Positions 55,847 to 64,000 of a stretch of DNA of 64,000 bases are shown one piece after another (the stretch's first letter is position 1; every line of letters starts with the position of its first letter). Under the pieces are notes generated by a model, which saw only the letters and a program-made list of their open reading frames with translations, ran no database searches and was not told the DNA's origin. This stretch comes from a virus (taxonomy: Duplodnaviria > Heunggongvirae > Uroviricota > Caudoviricetes), in IMG/VR virus record IMGVR_UViG_3300025000_000058; one strand, given 5' to 3'. Both the position numbers and the translations under genes were made by a program.

Positions 55847-58267
55847 GTGTTTTTATACTTGGACGTACTAAATTTAAATAAAGACAATGATAAAAAGTAT
55901 CATAAAGCAATTTTAGAACCTGTAAGAAAACTTTTTCCTATAAATGGTGAGTCAGAAAATAATTATTATATTTATGCTTGTAATATTATAAAAGAAATTG
56001 AAGGACACTTTATTGTTGGGAGTTATGGCAATATAACTTTGTTGGGAACAATGCCATTACTCGATTTGTATCAACAATATACAATTACTTGTATTGAAGA
56101 AGAATCAAAAAAATATAAAGGTAAACAATATGTATTTGTTACAATGGAGCAAGAAGAAATGCCTAAGTCAAAGGAACAGCAGATACGCTTCTTCTCTTCT
56201 TTGCTAACACCATTGCAAGTAGAAAACATATTTAAAGTGTATGATAGTCCCATTGATGAATTTGTAAATGATACATTTGAGTATGAAAAGGTACATGGAT
56301 TTGGTTTAATTATGTATGAAAAAGTTAAAAAAAGAATTTTAGAACATTATGTTTTGTTTGAGTTGCTTGCTGAATTAAGTATTTATGGAATTAATTTTGG
56401 ACAGATTGTTCAATTGTATAATAAATATAAAGATGCAAAATTGATTTTAGAGAAAATCAATAATAATCCGTATGTATTAATGGAGTTGAGTGGAGTAGCT
56501 TTTGAAAAAGCTGATGCCATTGCTATTAAAATGGGGTTATTAAAAAATGATCCAAGAAGAATAAAAGCTTGTATTGAGTTTTGTTTAAGTAATGAAGAAA
56601 ATGATGGTGGTCATACATGGACTGATATTAAAACACTAGAAAGGAAAGTCAAAGGATTAACAGGTAGATTTGATAAAAAGTTTAATGAATTAATTCAAGA
56701 ACATGAAAAAGATTTTATTATTGTTGATGGGAATAAAGTTGCTTTATTAAAAGCATATAATACAGAAGTAGCAATTAAAGAACATTTATTTAAAATACAA
56801 AATGATGATAATAGTTTTAAACAATTAGAAATATTGGGATTTAATATATATAGTTTTGTTGAAGAATTTATCAAAGAACAAGAAGAAGTACAAGGATTTC
56901 TATATAATGATGCACAAAAGCAAGGATTTTATAACATGATCGAAAATAACGTGAGTTTGATTATAGGCTATGCTGGAACTGGGAAATCGACACTTGTTAA
57001 TGGGTTATTGAATTTTATTGATAAATTAAATGCAAGTGTTAGAGAATTTTTAAATAAATATATTGAAGAAAATAAAGACAATCAAGAAAAAATGGATTTA
57101 TATAATCAATTAGTTACTTGTTTTAGTTATGTATTATTAAGTCCTACAGCAAAAGCATGTAAAGTATTGTCATCTTACACTTTTAGAAATGCGTATACGT
57201 ATGAACGTGGTATGTGCTGGACTCCAACTGGTTATTTATATAATGAATTTAACCCAATGCCATATAATGTTGTAATTAATGATGAAAATTCAATGGTTGG
57301 GATATATAAGTTTTTACTTATGTTAAAAGCACAAGGAAGTAGTCCAAAAATATTTTTAATAGGTGATACTGCACAACTTGAAAGTATAGAAGCTGGTGCG
57401 GTGCTTAATGATATTATGAATTCTAAATTATTTCCTGTTACAGAGTTAACAGAAGTGCATCGTCAGAGTTTAGATAGTGGTATTATAGAAATTGCAACAA
57501 ATGTTAGATTAGGTAGAATATTTATTAGTAATAATGAAAAGAGAACACAATTTTATGGAGTAAATAAAGATGCTATTATTATACCAGGGACAAAAGAAAA
57601 AACTCTTAAAAATATAATTGGTACGTATAAATTATTATTAAAGAAAGGTTACAAGCAAGATGAAATAGCAGTTATTCTTCCTATGAAAAAAGGAGAATCA
57701 GGTACAAGAGAAGTTAATAGATTATTGCAAGAATTAAATAATCCATTAATTGATGATATAAAAGAAATTAAGTATGGTAAAAAATTTGAAAGAATATATA
57801 GAGAAAATGATTTAGTAATGAATGTTATAAATGATTATAAGATACAACACTATGATTGTGATTTAAAACCTATTAATGGAAGTACTGGTGTAATTAATGG
57901 TGATGGAGGATATATATATAAAATTATAGGTGACATTGAAAATGGTAAAAATATATATATTGCAGTTTTTATAGATGGACATGTTATATTATATCCAAAA
58001 CATAGTTTTGATATGCTAGAACATTCATGGGCTTTTAGTATTCATAAAAGTCAAGGCAGTTCAATTCCAGTGGTTATAATGGGGTTGGATTCAAGACATA
58101 GTTATAATATGGCAAAACGATCAATTTTATATACTGGCAGTACTAGAGCTTCAAAATTATTTATTTTATGTGGTGACCCTGAAATAATTAACAAAGCAAT
58201 TAAAAATAATCAGATAATACACAAGCGTACATTTTTAAAAGATTTATTATTGAAGGAGAGTATTTAA
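55847..58267 (+). CDS. RecD-like SF1B DNA helicase
   Basis: Walker A IIGYAGTGKSTL, a DExx-like region, and motif VI SIHKSQGSS. 806 aa with a large N-terminal domain. Confidence 0.8.
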   Translation: MFLYLDVLNLNKDNDKKYHKAILEPVRKLFPINGESENNYYIYACNIIKEIEGHFIVGSYGNITLLGTMPLLDLYQQYTITCIEEESKKYKGKQYVFVTMEQEEMPKSKEQQIRFFSSLLTPLQVENIFKVYDSPIDEFVNDTFEYEKVHGFGLIMYEKVKKRILEHYVLFELLAELSIYGINFGQIVQLYNKYKDAKLILEKINNNPYVLMELSGVAFEKADAIAIKMGLLKNDPRRIKACIEFCLSNEENDGGHTWTDIKTLERKVKGLTGRFDKKFNELIQEHEKDFIIVDGNKVALLKAYNTEVAIKEHLFKIQNDDNSFKQLEILGFNIYSFVEEFIKEQEEVQGFLYNDAQKQGFYNMIENNVSLIIGYAGTGKSTLVNGLLNFIDKLNASVREFLNKYIEENKDNQEKMDLYNQLVTCFSYVLLSPTAKACKVLSSYTFRNAYTYERGMCWTPTGYLYNEFNPMPYNVVINDENSMVGIYKFLLMLKAQGSSPKIFLIGDTAQLESIEAGAVLNDIMNSKLFPVTELTEVHRQSLDSGIIEIATNVRLGRIFISNNEKRTQFYGVNKDAIIIPGTKEKTLKNIIGTYKLLLKKGYKQDEIAVILPMKKGESGTREVNRLLQELNNPLIDDIKEIKYGKKFERIYRENDLVMNVINDYKIQHYDCDLKPINGSTGVINGDGGYIYKIIGDIENGKNIYIAVFIDGHVILYPKHSFDMLEHSWAFSIHKSQGSSIPVVIMGLDSRHSYNMAKRSILYTGSTRASKLFILCGDPEIINKAIKNNQIIHKRTFLKDLLLKESI

Positions 58268-58627
58268 TTGCAATGTGAAAACTGTGAAAAAACAAAGCAA
58301 CAAATATAGTTAATATATTTTATACCAGTGATAAAATTAAATCAATTCATTTATGTGACTTATGTGGATATATAATGACTTTAATGTTTGAGGAGTTTTA
58401 ATTGTTGATATTTAATAAAAATAATCATCCTGTGTTTGAGGAAATCTCCGAGGAATTATCACCTCCAGAATCCCCTCAAACACGAAATAAAGCCCCATAT
58501 TCAAGAGTAAATCTTGTTCAGGATAGAAACTACCTGCGGTATTTTTTCAGTAACATAAATTACATGAGATTGGATATATCCTAAGTGCAATGATGATAAT
58601 TTGAATTATAAAGGAGAGAAATAATAT

Positions 58628-58825
58628 ATGAATGATAAATCAATTTTTATATGTCCTAAATGTGGTAAAAAATTTATTAGGGACTTACATTACAATATAA
58701 TAACTGGTATGCAGAATCTTATAAGTATTGCTTCTGGTGGGGAGAGAATTGAAGATATGTGTATGTGTTGTAATTATGTTGTTGTAAAGAAAGATAAGGA
58801 GGATAATTATAATGGGAATGTTTGA
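58628..58825 (+). CDS. zinc-ribbon protein
   Basis: CPKCGKKF...CMCCNY. 65 aa. Confidence 0.4.
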   Translation: MNDKSIFICPKCGKKFIRDLHYNIITGMQNLISIASGGERIEDMCMCCNYVVVKKDKEDNYNGNV

Positions 58826-59459
58826 TACATTAATAAGTGAAAATTATGAAACACAAGTAAAATGCTTTTATATTCCAATGTATGAAGGAAAATATAAAGA
58901 TTATTTTAATAGATTAACAAGTCATTTAGGTGGCAGTATGCAAGAATATAAGATTGGAGATTCTGTACCCACAAAAACAATTTATTATGAATACCCAAAT
59001 GTATTTTTAATTTATCTACAAGATGGATTCAGTAAAGAAAAATATGATTTTGCTCTATTTAAAGATGAAATATTTAAAGGATTTTATAATTTAAATGATA
59101 ATGAATTAGATAAATATGAAAATATATTTTCTAATGTTTATGATTATAGAGGTAGAAAATTAAAAGTTAAGAGTAGAAAAGGCATATTAGAGTATTTAAA
59201 ACAACTTTTAGAAGAATATAATAAAGAAATAGGGAAAAGAAATTTTATAAAATTTTATAATAAATGGTGTGAAGTTATTTCTTTAGAAAATCAATTGGGA
59301 GAATTATTTGAATGTTTATATTTTAAAAAATTAATGGATAATGGAAGAAAATTAAAAGAAATAAAAAATGATATTATTGATTTTAAAAAGGAATATGAAG
59401 AAGTATATAATCAATTTATAAAAAAATATCCTGAGATGGAAAACTTAATAAATAATTAA
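58812..59459 (+). CDS. hypothetical protein
   Basis: 215-aa ORF. Confidence 0.45.
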   Translation: MGMFDTLISENYETQVKCFYIPMYEGKYKDYFNRLTSHLGGSMQEYKIGDSVPTKTIYYEYPNVFLIYLQDGFSKEKYDFALFKDEIFKGFYNLNDNELDKYENIFSNVYDYRGRKLKVKSRKGILEYLKQLLEEYNKEIGKRNFIKFYNKWCEVISLENQLGELFECLYFKKLMDNGRKLKEIKNDIIDFKKEYEEVYNQFIKKYPEMENLINN

Positions 59460-59657
59460 AAAATCAAAATTAACACTTAGTGGATAGATTTTCACAATAA
59501 GATTTTCTCCAAATCTAAAGCGAAATATGACACCTAAAATCAATTTATGCGTGTCTGAGTGGCTCGTATTTGAGAATAAAAATGCCACAGGTAGTTTTTA
59601 ACCTAATCACAATTTGCGTGTAAAATATTTTACAGAAATCTAATTTATATCAAACAC

Positions 59658-60272
59658 TTAATTAGTGTTTACTACATGAGACCGCCAACCATAGCGGTTT
59701 TCTCCTTTTTTAACTCGTATATCTTGTAGTCCATAGAGATATTTTAATAATTGTCTTTTTTTATTTTTTAATTTTAATTTTTCTGCCTTGGTATGATTAT
59801 TATTAAGATCAAACTTCCTTTTATTATTATTACTGTTCAAATTCTTAACACAACTCTGAGAAGCAAAGTTATCCACAGGCTTATTATGTTTTGAGCAACT
59901 TCTATCATTCCAACTTCTAATTTTAGTTAATTCATCTCCAATATATGATACTTCATTATATATGTTAAAGGTGGTTTTATACTTACCGTTGATTGTGGGA
60001 AAGTAATTCCAATCTATTAAGCCGACTTCATATAATAATTTTGCACGATTCAAAAAGGTTGTCCTATTAATACCCATTTTAAAAGCAAGAAATGTAGAAG
60101 TAAAGGTTATTGTGTTAGAGTTTTTATTTTTCCTTCTATCTATATATCTTAGCATCATTATGTATTGTTCAAGAATGCCTTTTCCTAATTTAATAAGTTT
60201 ATCAATTAAAACAACAGGAATCATAATTTTAAATTTATTTGGATTTTTTGTTTTATTAGCCAAAATATTCAC
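59658..60272 (-). CDS. DnaD-N/RepA-like wHTH protein (paralog of 54517-55332)
   Basis: ITFTSTFLAFKMGINRTTFLNRAKLLYEVGLI is a wHTH. The only minus-strand gene in the right-hand block. Confidence 0.4.
   Translation of the reverse strand: MNILANKTKNPNKFKIMIPVVLIDKLIKLGKGILEQYIMMLRYIDRRKNKNSNTITFTSTFLAFKMGINRTTFLNRAKLLYEVGLIDWNYFPTINGKYKTTFNIYNEVSYIGDELTKIRSWNDRSCSKHNKPVDNFASQSCVKNLNSNNNKRKFDLNNNHTKAEKLKLKNKKRQLLKYLYGLQDIRVKKGENRYGWRSHVVNTN
59678..59712 (+). terminator. rho-independent terminator for the plus-strand unit (overlaps 3-prime end of convergent gene)
   Basis: ACCGC-caaccata-GCGGT followed by TTTCTCCTTTTTT. Confidence 0.55.
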
Positions 60273-60305
60273 TCCAATATTTTTATTAAAAAATGCAATT
60301 GGAGG

Positions 60306-60334
60306 TTGACTTTATTTTGGTTTGCCTTTATAAT
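60306..60334 (+). promoter_or_regulatory. promoter TTGACT-17-TATAAT
   Basis: TTGACT at 60306-60311 and TATAAT at 60329-60334. Confidence 0.5.
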
Positions 60335-60339
60335 AAGGT

Positions 60340-60435
60340 TACAACAAAATAAATTGTACTCCAAAAGGGTACTCCCACAAGTGATAACGCTACTTTATGG
60401 TTTTGCCGACCTGTAGCGTTATTTGCATTTAATTA
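60340..60435 (+). ncRNA. candidate small RNA between promoter and weak terminator hairpin
   Basis: The promoter at 60306 is followed about 90 nt later by the AACGCTAC...GTAGCGTT hairpin and ATTTGCATTT. No ORF with an RBS lies in this span. Confidence 0.2.
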
Positions 60436-60514
60436 ATAAATATAGTAACACATTTCGACAATATTATCAATAATATAAGTGCCGTTATAAAAAATATTAT
60501 TGAAAAAGTTTTTC

Positions 60515-60543
60515 TTGACAAGTAAAAAATATTATGTTAGAAT
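60515..60543 (+). promoter_or_regulatory. promoter TTGACA-17-TGtTAGAAT (first of three tandem)
   Basis: TTGACA at 60515-60520 and TAGAAT at 60538-60543. Confidence 0.6.
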
Positions 60544-60595
60544 GTAGAAGTAAGGTTGAAATTAAGTTGGTTAAGAAAATTTAATCTAAAAAGTG

Positions 60596-60624
60596 TTGAC
60601 AAAGAAAAAATATTATGTTATAAT
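60596..60624 (+). promoter_or_regulatory. promoter TTGACA-17-TGtTATAAT (second tandem)
   Basis: TTGACA at 60596-60601 and TATAAT at 60619-60624. Confidence 0.65.
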
Positions 60625-60684
60625 AATAAAAGATTAAGGAATAAGTTAGACGGTAGAAATCAAGGAGATAACGAAAAAAACTTC

Positions 60685-60713
60685 TTGACAAATTAAAAAT
60701 ATTATGCTATAAT
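60685..60713 (+). promoter_or_regulatory. promoter TTGACA-17-TGcTATAAT (third tandem)
   Basis: TTGACA at 60685-60690 and TATAAT at 60708-60713. Confidence 0.65.
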
Positions 60714-60790
60714 AAGAGAGCGATGAAAAATGGAGGTGTGGTGTTAAAATTATTGATATAAATTATAGCACCAAAAATGAAGTTATGTAA

Positions 60791-61351
60791 TTGGAAGTGA
60801 TTAAAATCGGAGTAGTTAAAATTGATGTTGATAAAGCAGAATTAGAATGGGTTAATGTAAATTTATCAGATATTACTGCAATAAAAGGTTTACTGAGATA
60901 TGGAAAAAGATTTAAGTATGATATTATATACAAAAAAATGTTTTGTTTTGACATGTATGCTAAAGAAAATAACCATGAAATATTGTGTTTGTATATTTGG
61001 TTAGATTCTCTAATTAAGAAATGTAAATTATCACAAAAACAACAAAATGTTTTATATTGGCATTATCTTGAAGGAATATCAAAAAAGGATATTGCAGAAA
61101 TGTATGAAACTGAATCTAAAAATATTGAAAATATAATTAATACAATATGTAAGAAAATACTTAAACAAGTGCAATTAAATTATACTTATGATTTAATTTA
61201 TAGAAATCTTGTAAAAGTAAAAACAAATTGGAAGAGATGTAGTAGATGTGGCAATACATTTCCACAAACAAGAGAATTTTTTAGTCCAGATAATAGAAAA
61301 AAGGATGGATTAAAATACACTTGTAAATCATGTGAAGCTGTGAAGCTGTAA
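60791..61351 (+). CDS. sigma-70 region-4-like HTH transcription factor with C-terminal zinc ribbon (start uncertain)
   Basis: LSQKQQNVLYWHYLEGISKKDIAEMYETESKNIENIINTICKKI resembles sigma region 4 / LuxR-type HTH. C-terminal CSRCG...CKSC. TTG start with no SD; an internal ATG is an alternative start. Confidence 0.4.
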   Translation: MEVIKIGVVKIDVDKAELEWVNVNLSDITAIKGLLRYGKRFKYDIIYKKMFCFDMYAKENNHEILCLYIWLDSLIKKCKLSQKQQNVLYWHYLEGISKKDIAEMYETESKNIENIINTICKKILKQVQLNYTYDLIYRNLVKVKTNWKRCSRCGNTFPQTREFFSPDNRKKDGLKYTCKSCEAVKL

Positions 61352-61425
61352 AGCCAAGCACGAAAAAAAACAGTACATAAAAATTATTAATGCCAATATG
61401 ATACCAGAGAGGAAGATTAAATGAT

Positions 61426-62166
61426 GTGAAACTGAAGGTAGACGGAGAAATTTATTCATTAAACAATGAACTAGAATACAAAGAAAAATTAAAAATAGTT
61501 GAAAGTATAATTGAGAAACATTATAATTTCTTTTATGAAAGTAATTTTGAAAAAAATAATGTAAGAGTAGCATTAGACATATTAGGACAATATCTTTGCT
61601 TAGGAAAGAAAAAAGAAGATGAAATATTGTCTAAAGAGTATTTAAGAACAGTTGCAAGAAAAGAATTGACTTGCGGTAGTTTTAATAAAGACAGTGAAGG
61701 TTTTATTAATGAATTTAAGGAAATGCATAGAAAACAAAATCCAAAAAAGTCAGCAAAAAAATATCAGCAATCTATAACACATAAATTAGCAACAATTAGA
61801 ATACCAAAAGAAAAAAGAGTTAATAGAGAAATCAAGGAAAATCCAATGCTTCATACTTTTATATTGAAAGATGGTGAATGGGAATATGAAGCTGGCGAGT
61901 ATGCAGTTAAAATTGAAATAAATTGTTTTACTGAAGAAGATATGAATCTGCCATATGTAAATACTGAATTACCATATTATATGGTATGGTGCTTGGTAGA
62001 TGAAGATAATTTTTTTAGATTTAAATCAGATAACTTAAGTTTTGATTTAAAATTTAAAATAAAAGGTAAATATGAATTTAATTCAGTTTTAGTTATATGG
62101 CAAGATGAAGCGTTTTGCTTTATGGATGAAAAAATAAATATTTTAAATAATATAGAGAGAATTTAA
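61426..62166 (+). CDS. hypothetical protein
   Basis: 246-aa ORF. Confidence 0.45.
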   Translation: MKLKVDGEIYSLNNELEYKEKLKIVESIIEKHYNFFYESNFEKNNVRVALDILGQYLCLGKKKEDEILSKEYLRTVARKELTCGSFNKDSEGFINEFKEMHRKQNPKKSAKKYQQSITHKLATIRIPKEKRVNREIKENPMLHTFILKDGEWEYEAGEYAVKIEINCFTEEDMNLPYVNTELPYYMVWCLVDEDNFFRFKSDNLSFDLKFKIKGKYEFNSVLVIWQDEAFCFMDEKINILNNIERI

Positions 62167-62203
62167 AATATTAAAACCCAAAGAGAAAGAATGGGGGCTA
62201 CCA

Positions 62204-63100
62204 ATGAATGAGAATAAGGGTAAATTAGAAAGAAAATATGAAGGTATTGTTGAATTTATCTTACCAGACTATGAAATGGCTGAGTTTTATATAACAAAGA
62301 AGATTAACAATAGACAGATATATTTAAATGAGTATGTGCTTATTCAAGATATGAATGGTGACTATGTAAAAGATGCAGTTTTTAAGTATAAAGAAAATGG
62401 TTTATATAAAGTTGATTATAAAGTTATTACAAATAATTTTATAGATATTTTAAAACCAAGAAATTTGAAGCAAAGATGTTGTTTTGATTTATTACAAGAC
62501 AATAACATCCCAGTAAAACTGATTACAGGTAATCAGGGTGGTGGCAAGACGTATTTGGCAATACATACTGCACTTGAAAACTGGGAAAGGCATGAAATGA
62601 AAATAGTTTATATAAGAAATAATATTGATGTTAAAGATACAATGCAGATTGGTTCATTGCCAGGCAGTTTGAAAGATAAATTATTGCCATATGTAATGCC
62701 AATAGCTGATTGTGTTGGAGATATTAAAGCATTAGACATATTAGAAGAAAAAGGCAGAATTGAATATGTACACTTGGGCTTTATAAGAGGAAGAAGTTTT
62801 TCAAATGCAACAATTATTGTTTCAGAAGCAGAAAATTTAACTGAAGATCATGTTAAATTATTAATTGGTAGAGTTGGAGAAGGAAGTATTATTATTTTTG
62901 AAGGTGATACTTCTCAAGTAGATAAAAAAGTGTTTGAATTAAAAAGTGGTATACAAGCATTAAAAGACACTCTAGGTGGCAATAAAATGTTTGGTTCAGT
63001 GCATTTAGATAAAAGTGAAAGAAGTAAAACAGCACAGCTTGCAGAATTATTCAATAACAGAAAAGAAAAAAATTATAAAGAGAATTATCAAATAACATAA
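62204..63100 (+). CDS. phoH: PhoH-like ATPase
   Basis: Walker A ITGNQGGGKTYLAIH, Walker B IIVSEAENL, and PhoH-type architecture of 298 aa. Confidence 0.7.
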   Translation: MNENKGKLERKYEGIVEFILPDYEMAEFYITKKINNRQIYLNEYVLIQDMNGDYVKDAVFKYKENGLYKVDYKVITNNFIDILKPRNLKQRCCFDLLQDNNIPVKLITGNQGGGKTYLAIHTALENWERHEMKIVYIRNNIDVKDTMQIGSLPGSLKDKLLPYVMPIADCVGDIKALDILEEKGRIEYVHLGFIRGRSFSNATIIVSEAENLTEDHVKLLIGRVGEGSIIIFEGDTSQVDKKVFELKSGIQALKDTLGGNKMFGSVHLDKSERSKTAQLAELFNNRKEKNYKENYQIT

Positions 63101-63118
63101 AAAAGGAGATTGAATAAT

Positions 63119-63277
63119 ATGAAAAAGAATGATGTGAAGTTACAAAGAAATGAAGGTTGTCAAGGTTGTAGGAAAGATTGTCAATTTAATGGATTGACTA
63201 CAGATGCAAATAGAAATAATAAAATGGACAAGTATGGTTGTAATAGTAGTAAATTTGAAGATATCACAAGAGATTAG
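63119..63277 (+). CDS. small Cys-containing protein (52 aa)
   Basis: ATG at 63119 with AAAAGGAGAT RBS. CQGCRKDC. Confidence 0.35.
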   Translation: MKKNDVKLQRNEGCQGCRKDCQFNGLTTDANRNNKMDKYGCNSSKFEDITRD

Positions 63278-63365
63278 TTAAATGATTTTTTAAGAAGAAT
63301 TTAACTCTTAAAATAAGAGTTAAAAATAAAAAAAATAAAAATAAGAGGAAAAGGGGTAATTTAAA

Positions 63366-63773
63366 ATGGCTAAAATGGCTAAAAAAGTTAAGGAAGTAGA
63401 AGTGGTTGAAGAAGTAGTGGGTAAAGGTGCAACAAAAAAAGACGTAATTGAATTAGCAGTAGGCATTGCAAAAGGGATGAAAAATACAGATGAAGCTGTA
63501 AAAAGTGCAACAGCATTAGAAGCTAAAAAATGGATGAAGATTTTTGAAGAAGTATATAAAAATTTAGTTGAAGAAGGTAAACCATGTAATGTAATGGGTA
63601 TTTGCAATTTTGATTTAGTTGAAAGAGCAGAGAGGATTGTACGTAATCCGAGTGCTGAAGGTGCTCCTGTGATTGGGACAACTCCTGCACATGAAAGTCC
63701 TAAATTTAAGCCTGTAAGTTGGGTTAAAAAATATTATAAGGTTGAAGTAATTCCTGTTCAAGAAGAAGAATAG
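63366..63773 (+). CDS. HU/IHF-family histone-like DNA-binding protein (TF1-like) with N-terminal extension
   Basis: GICNFDLVERAERIVRNPSAEGAPVIGTTPAHESPKFKP aligns with the HU arm region [36 protein letters not shown]. Confidence 0.7.
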   Translation: MAKMAKKVKEVEVVEEVVGKGATKKDVIELAVGIAKGMKNTDEAVKSATALEAKKWMKIFEEVYKNLVEEGKPCNVMGICNFDLVERAERIVRNPSAEGAPVIGTTPAHESPKFKPVSWVKKYYKVEVIPVQEEE

Positions 63774-63845
63774 AATTATGCATAAGAATTATAATAAAAA
63801 TGTAGATAGTGTGATTTATCATTATCTACATGAAAAAAATAATTC

Positions 63846-63874
63846 TTGACAAAGCAAAAATATTATGGTATAAT
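63846..63874 (+). promoter_or_regulatory. promoter TTGACA-17-TGgTATAAT
   Basis: TTGACA at 63846-63851 and TATAAT at 63869-63874. Same spacer core as the other six. Confidence 0.7.
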
Positions 63875-64000
63875 AAGAGAGTAGTTGATATTTGGGTTTT
63901 TACACCCCGCACAACTGAGTGCAGTATGAATTTTGTAATTATATAAAATTAACGAAAATAGTAAGTGGTAAGGATATTCACTTATTGAGTATACGCAGTA

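Noticed and set aside
58402-58584. 60-aa ORF 58402-58584
   Set aside because: TTG start with no RBS and a proline- and serine-rich translation of poor coding quality. Left uncalled.
63775-63845. Terminator after HU-like gene (ATGTAGATA...TATCTACAT hairpin)
   Set aside because: The hairpin is clear but is followed by an A-run rather than a U-run on the plus strand, so it was not called as an intrinsic terminator.

Overview
This window reads as one gene-dense stretch of a very AT-rich (roughly 27-30% GC) large phage or phage-plasmid genome, from a host with strong AGGAGG ribosome-binding sites and TTGACA-17-TATAAT promoters (Firmicutes- or Fusobacteria-like). Positions 1-52,500 are transcribed almost entirely on the minus strand and 53,000-64,000 on the plus strand, with a divergent control region at about 52.5-53 kb.

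Layout, left to right:
- **0.1-9.2 kb:** about 20 tiny genes, each separated by a conserved family of long imperfect hairpins. One gene is a zinc-ribbon array fused to a GS-like amidoligase, with a GGCT/AIG2-like gene close by; another is a J-domain protein.
- **9.2-14.1 kb:** a 4.8 kb region with no credible coding sequence. It carries a GC-richer island, iterons, roughly 280-bp repeat units holding promoter-like boxes with no -10 hexamer, an AT-rich microsatellite-like block, CpG-containing palindrome clusters and a 190-nt stretch almost free of G. It is a candidate origin, partition or regulatory hub.
- **14.1-17.6 kb:** a Replic_Relax-like protein, an FtsK/SpoIIIE-like ATPase and three membrane proteins, resembling a plasmid or ICE-type DNA-translocation module.
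- **18-52 kb:** a metabolic and anti-defense block.
  - An NAD+ reconstitution set: NAMPT, NMN adenylyltransferase, PRPP synthetase, a HAD phosphatase and a nucleoside deoxyribosyltransferase-like protein. It is interrupted by HNH and GIY-YIG homing endonucleases and a DPPY DNA methyltransferase.
  - A NADAR-domain protein and a PTH2-like peptidyl-tRNA hydrolase beside an NAD-dependent DNA ligase.
  - A radical-SAM enzyme and a PAPS-reductase-like protein.
  - A candidate tRNA/RNA repair cluster: a Thg1-like 3'-5' nucleotidyltransferase, a minimal RNA-ligase-like nucleotidyltransferase and a metallophosphatase, with a tyrosine recombinase lying inside the cluster.
- **53-64 kb (plus strand):**
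  - Seven near-identical extended -10 promoters that share an AAAATATTATG core in the spacer. Six lie in this stretch (three stacked ahead of a sigma-factor-like gene); the seventh, at 13,861, is in the non-coding region.
  - A ribbon-helix-helix (RHH) protein, DnaD/RepA-like wHTH proteins with downstream iterons, a RecD-like SF1 helicase, PhoH and an HU/TF1-like histone-like protein.

No tRNA genes, rRNA genes or CRISPR array could be supported.
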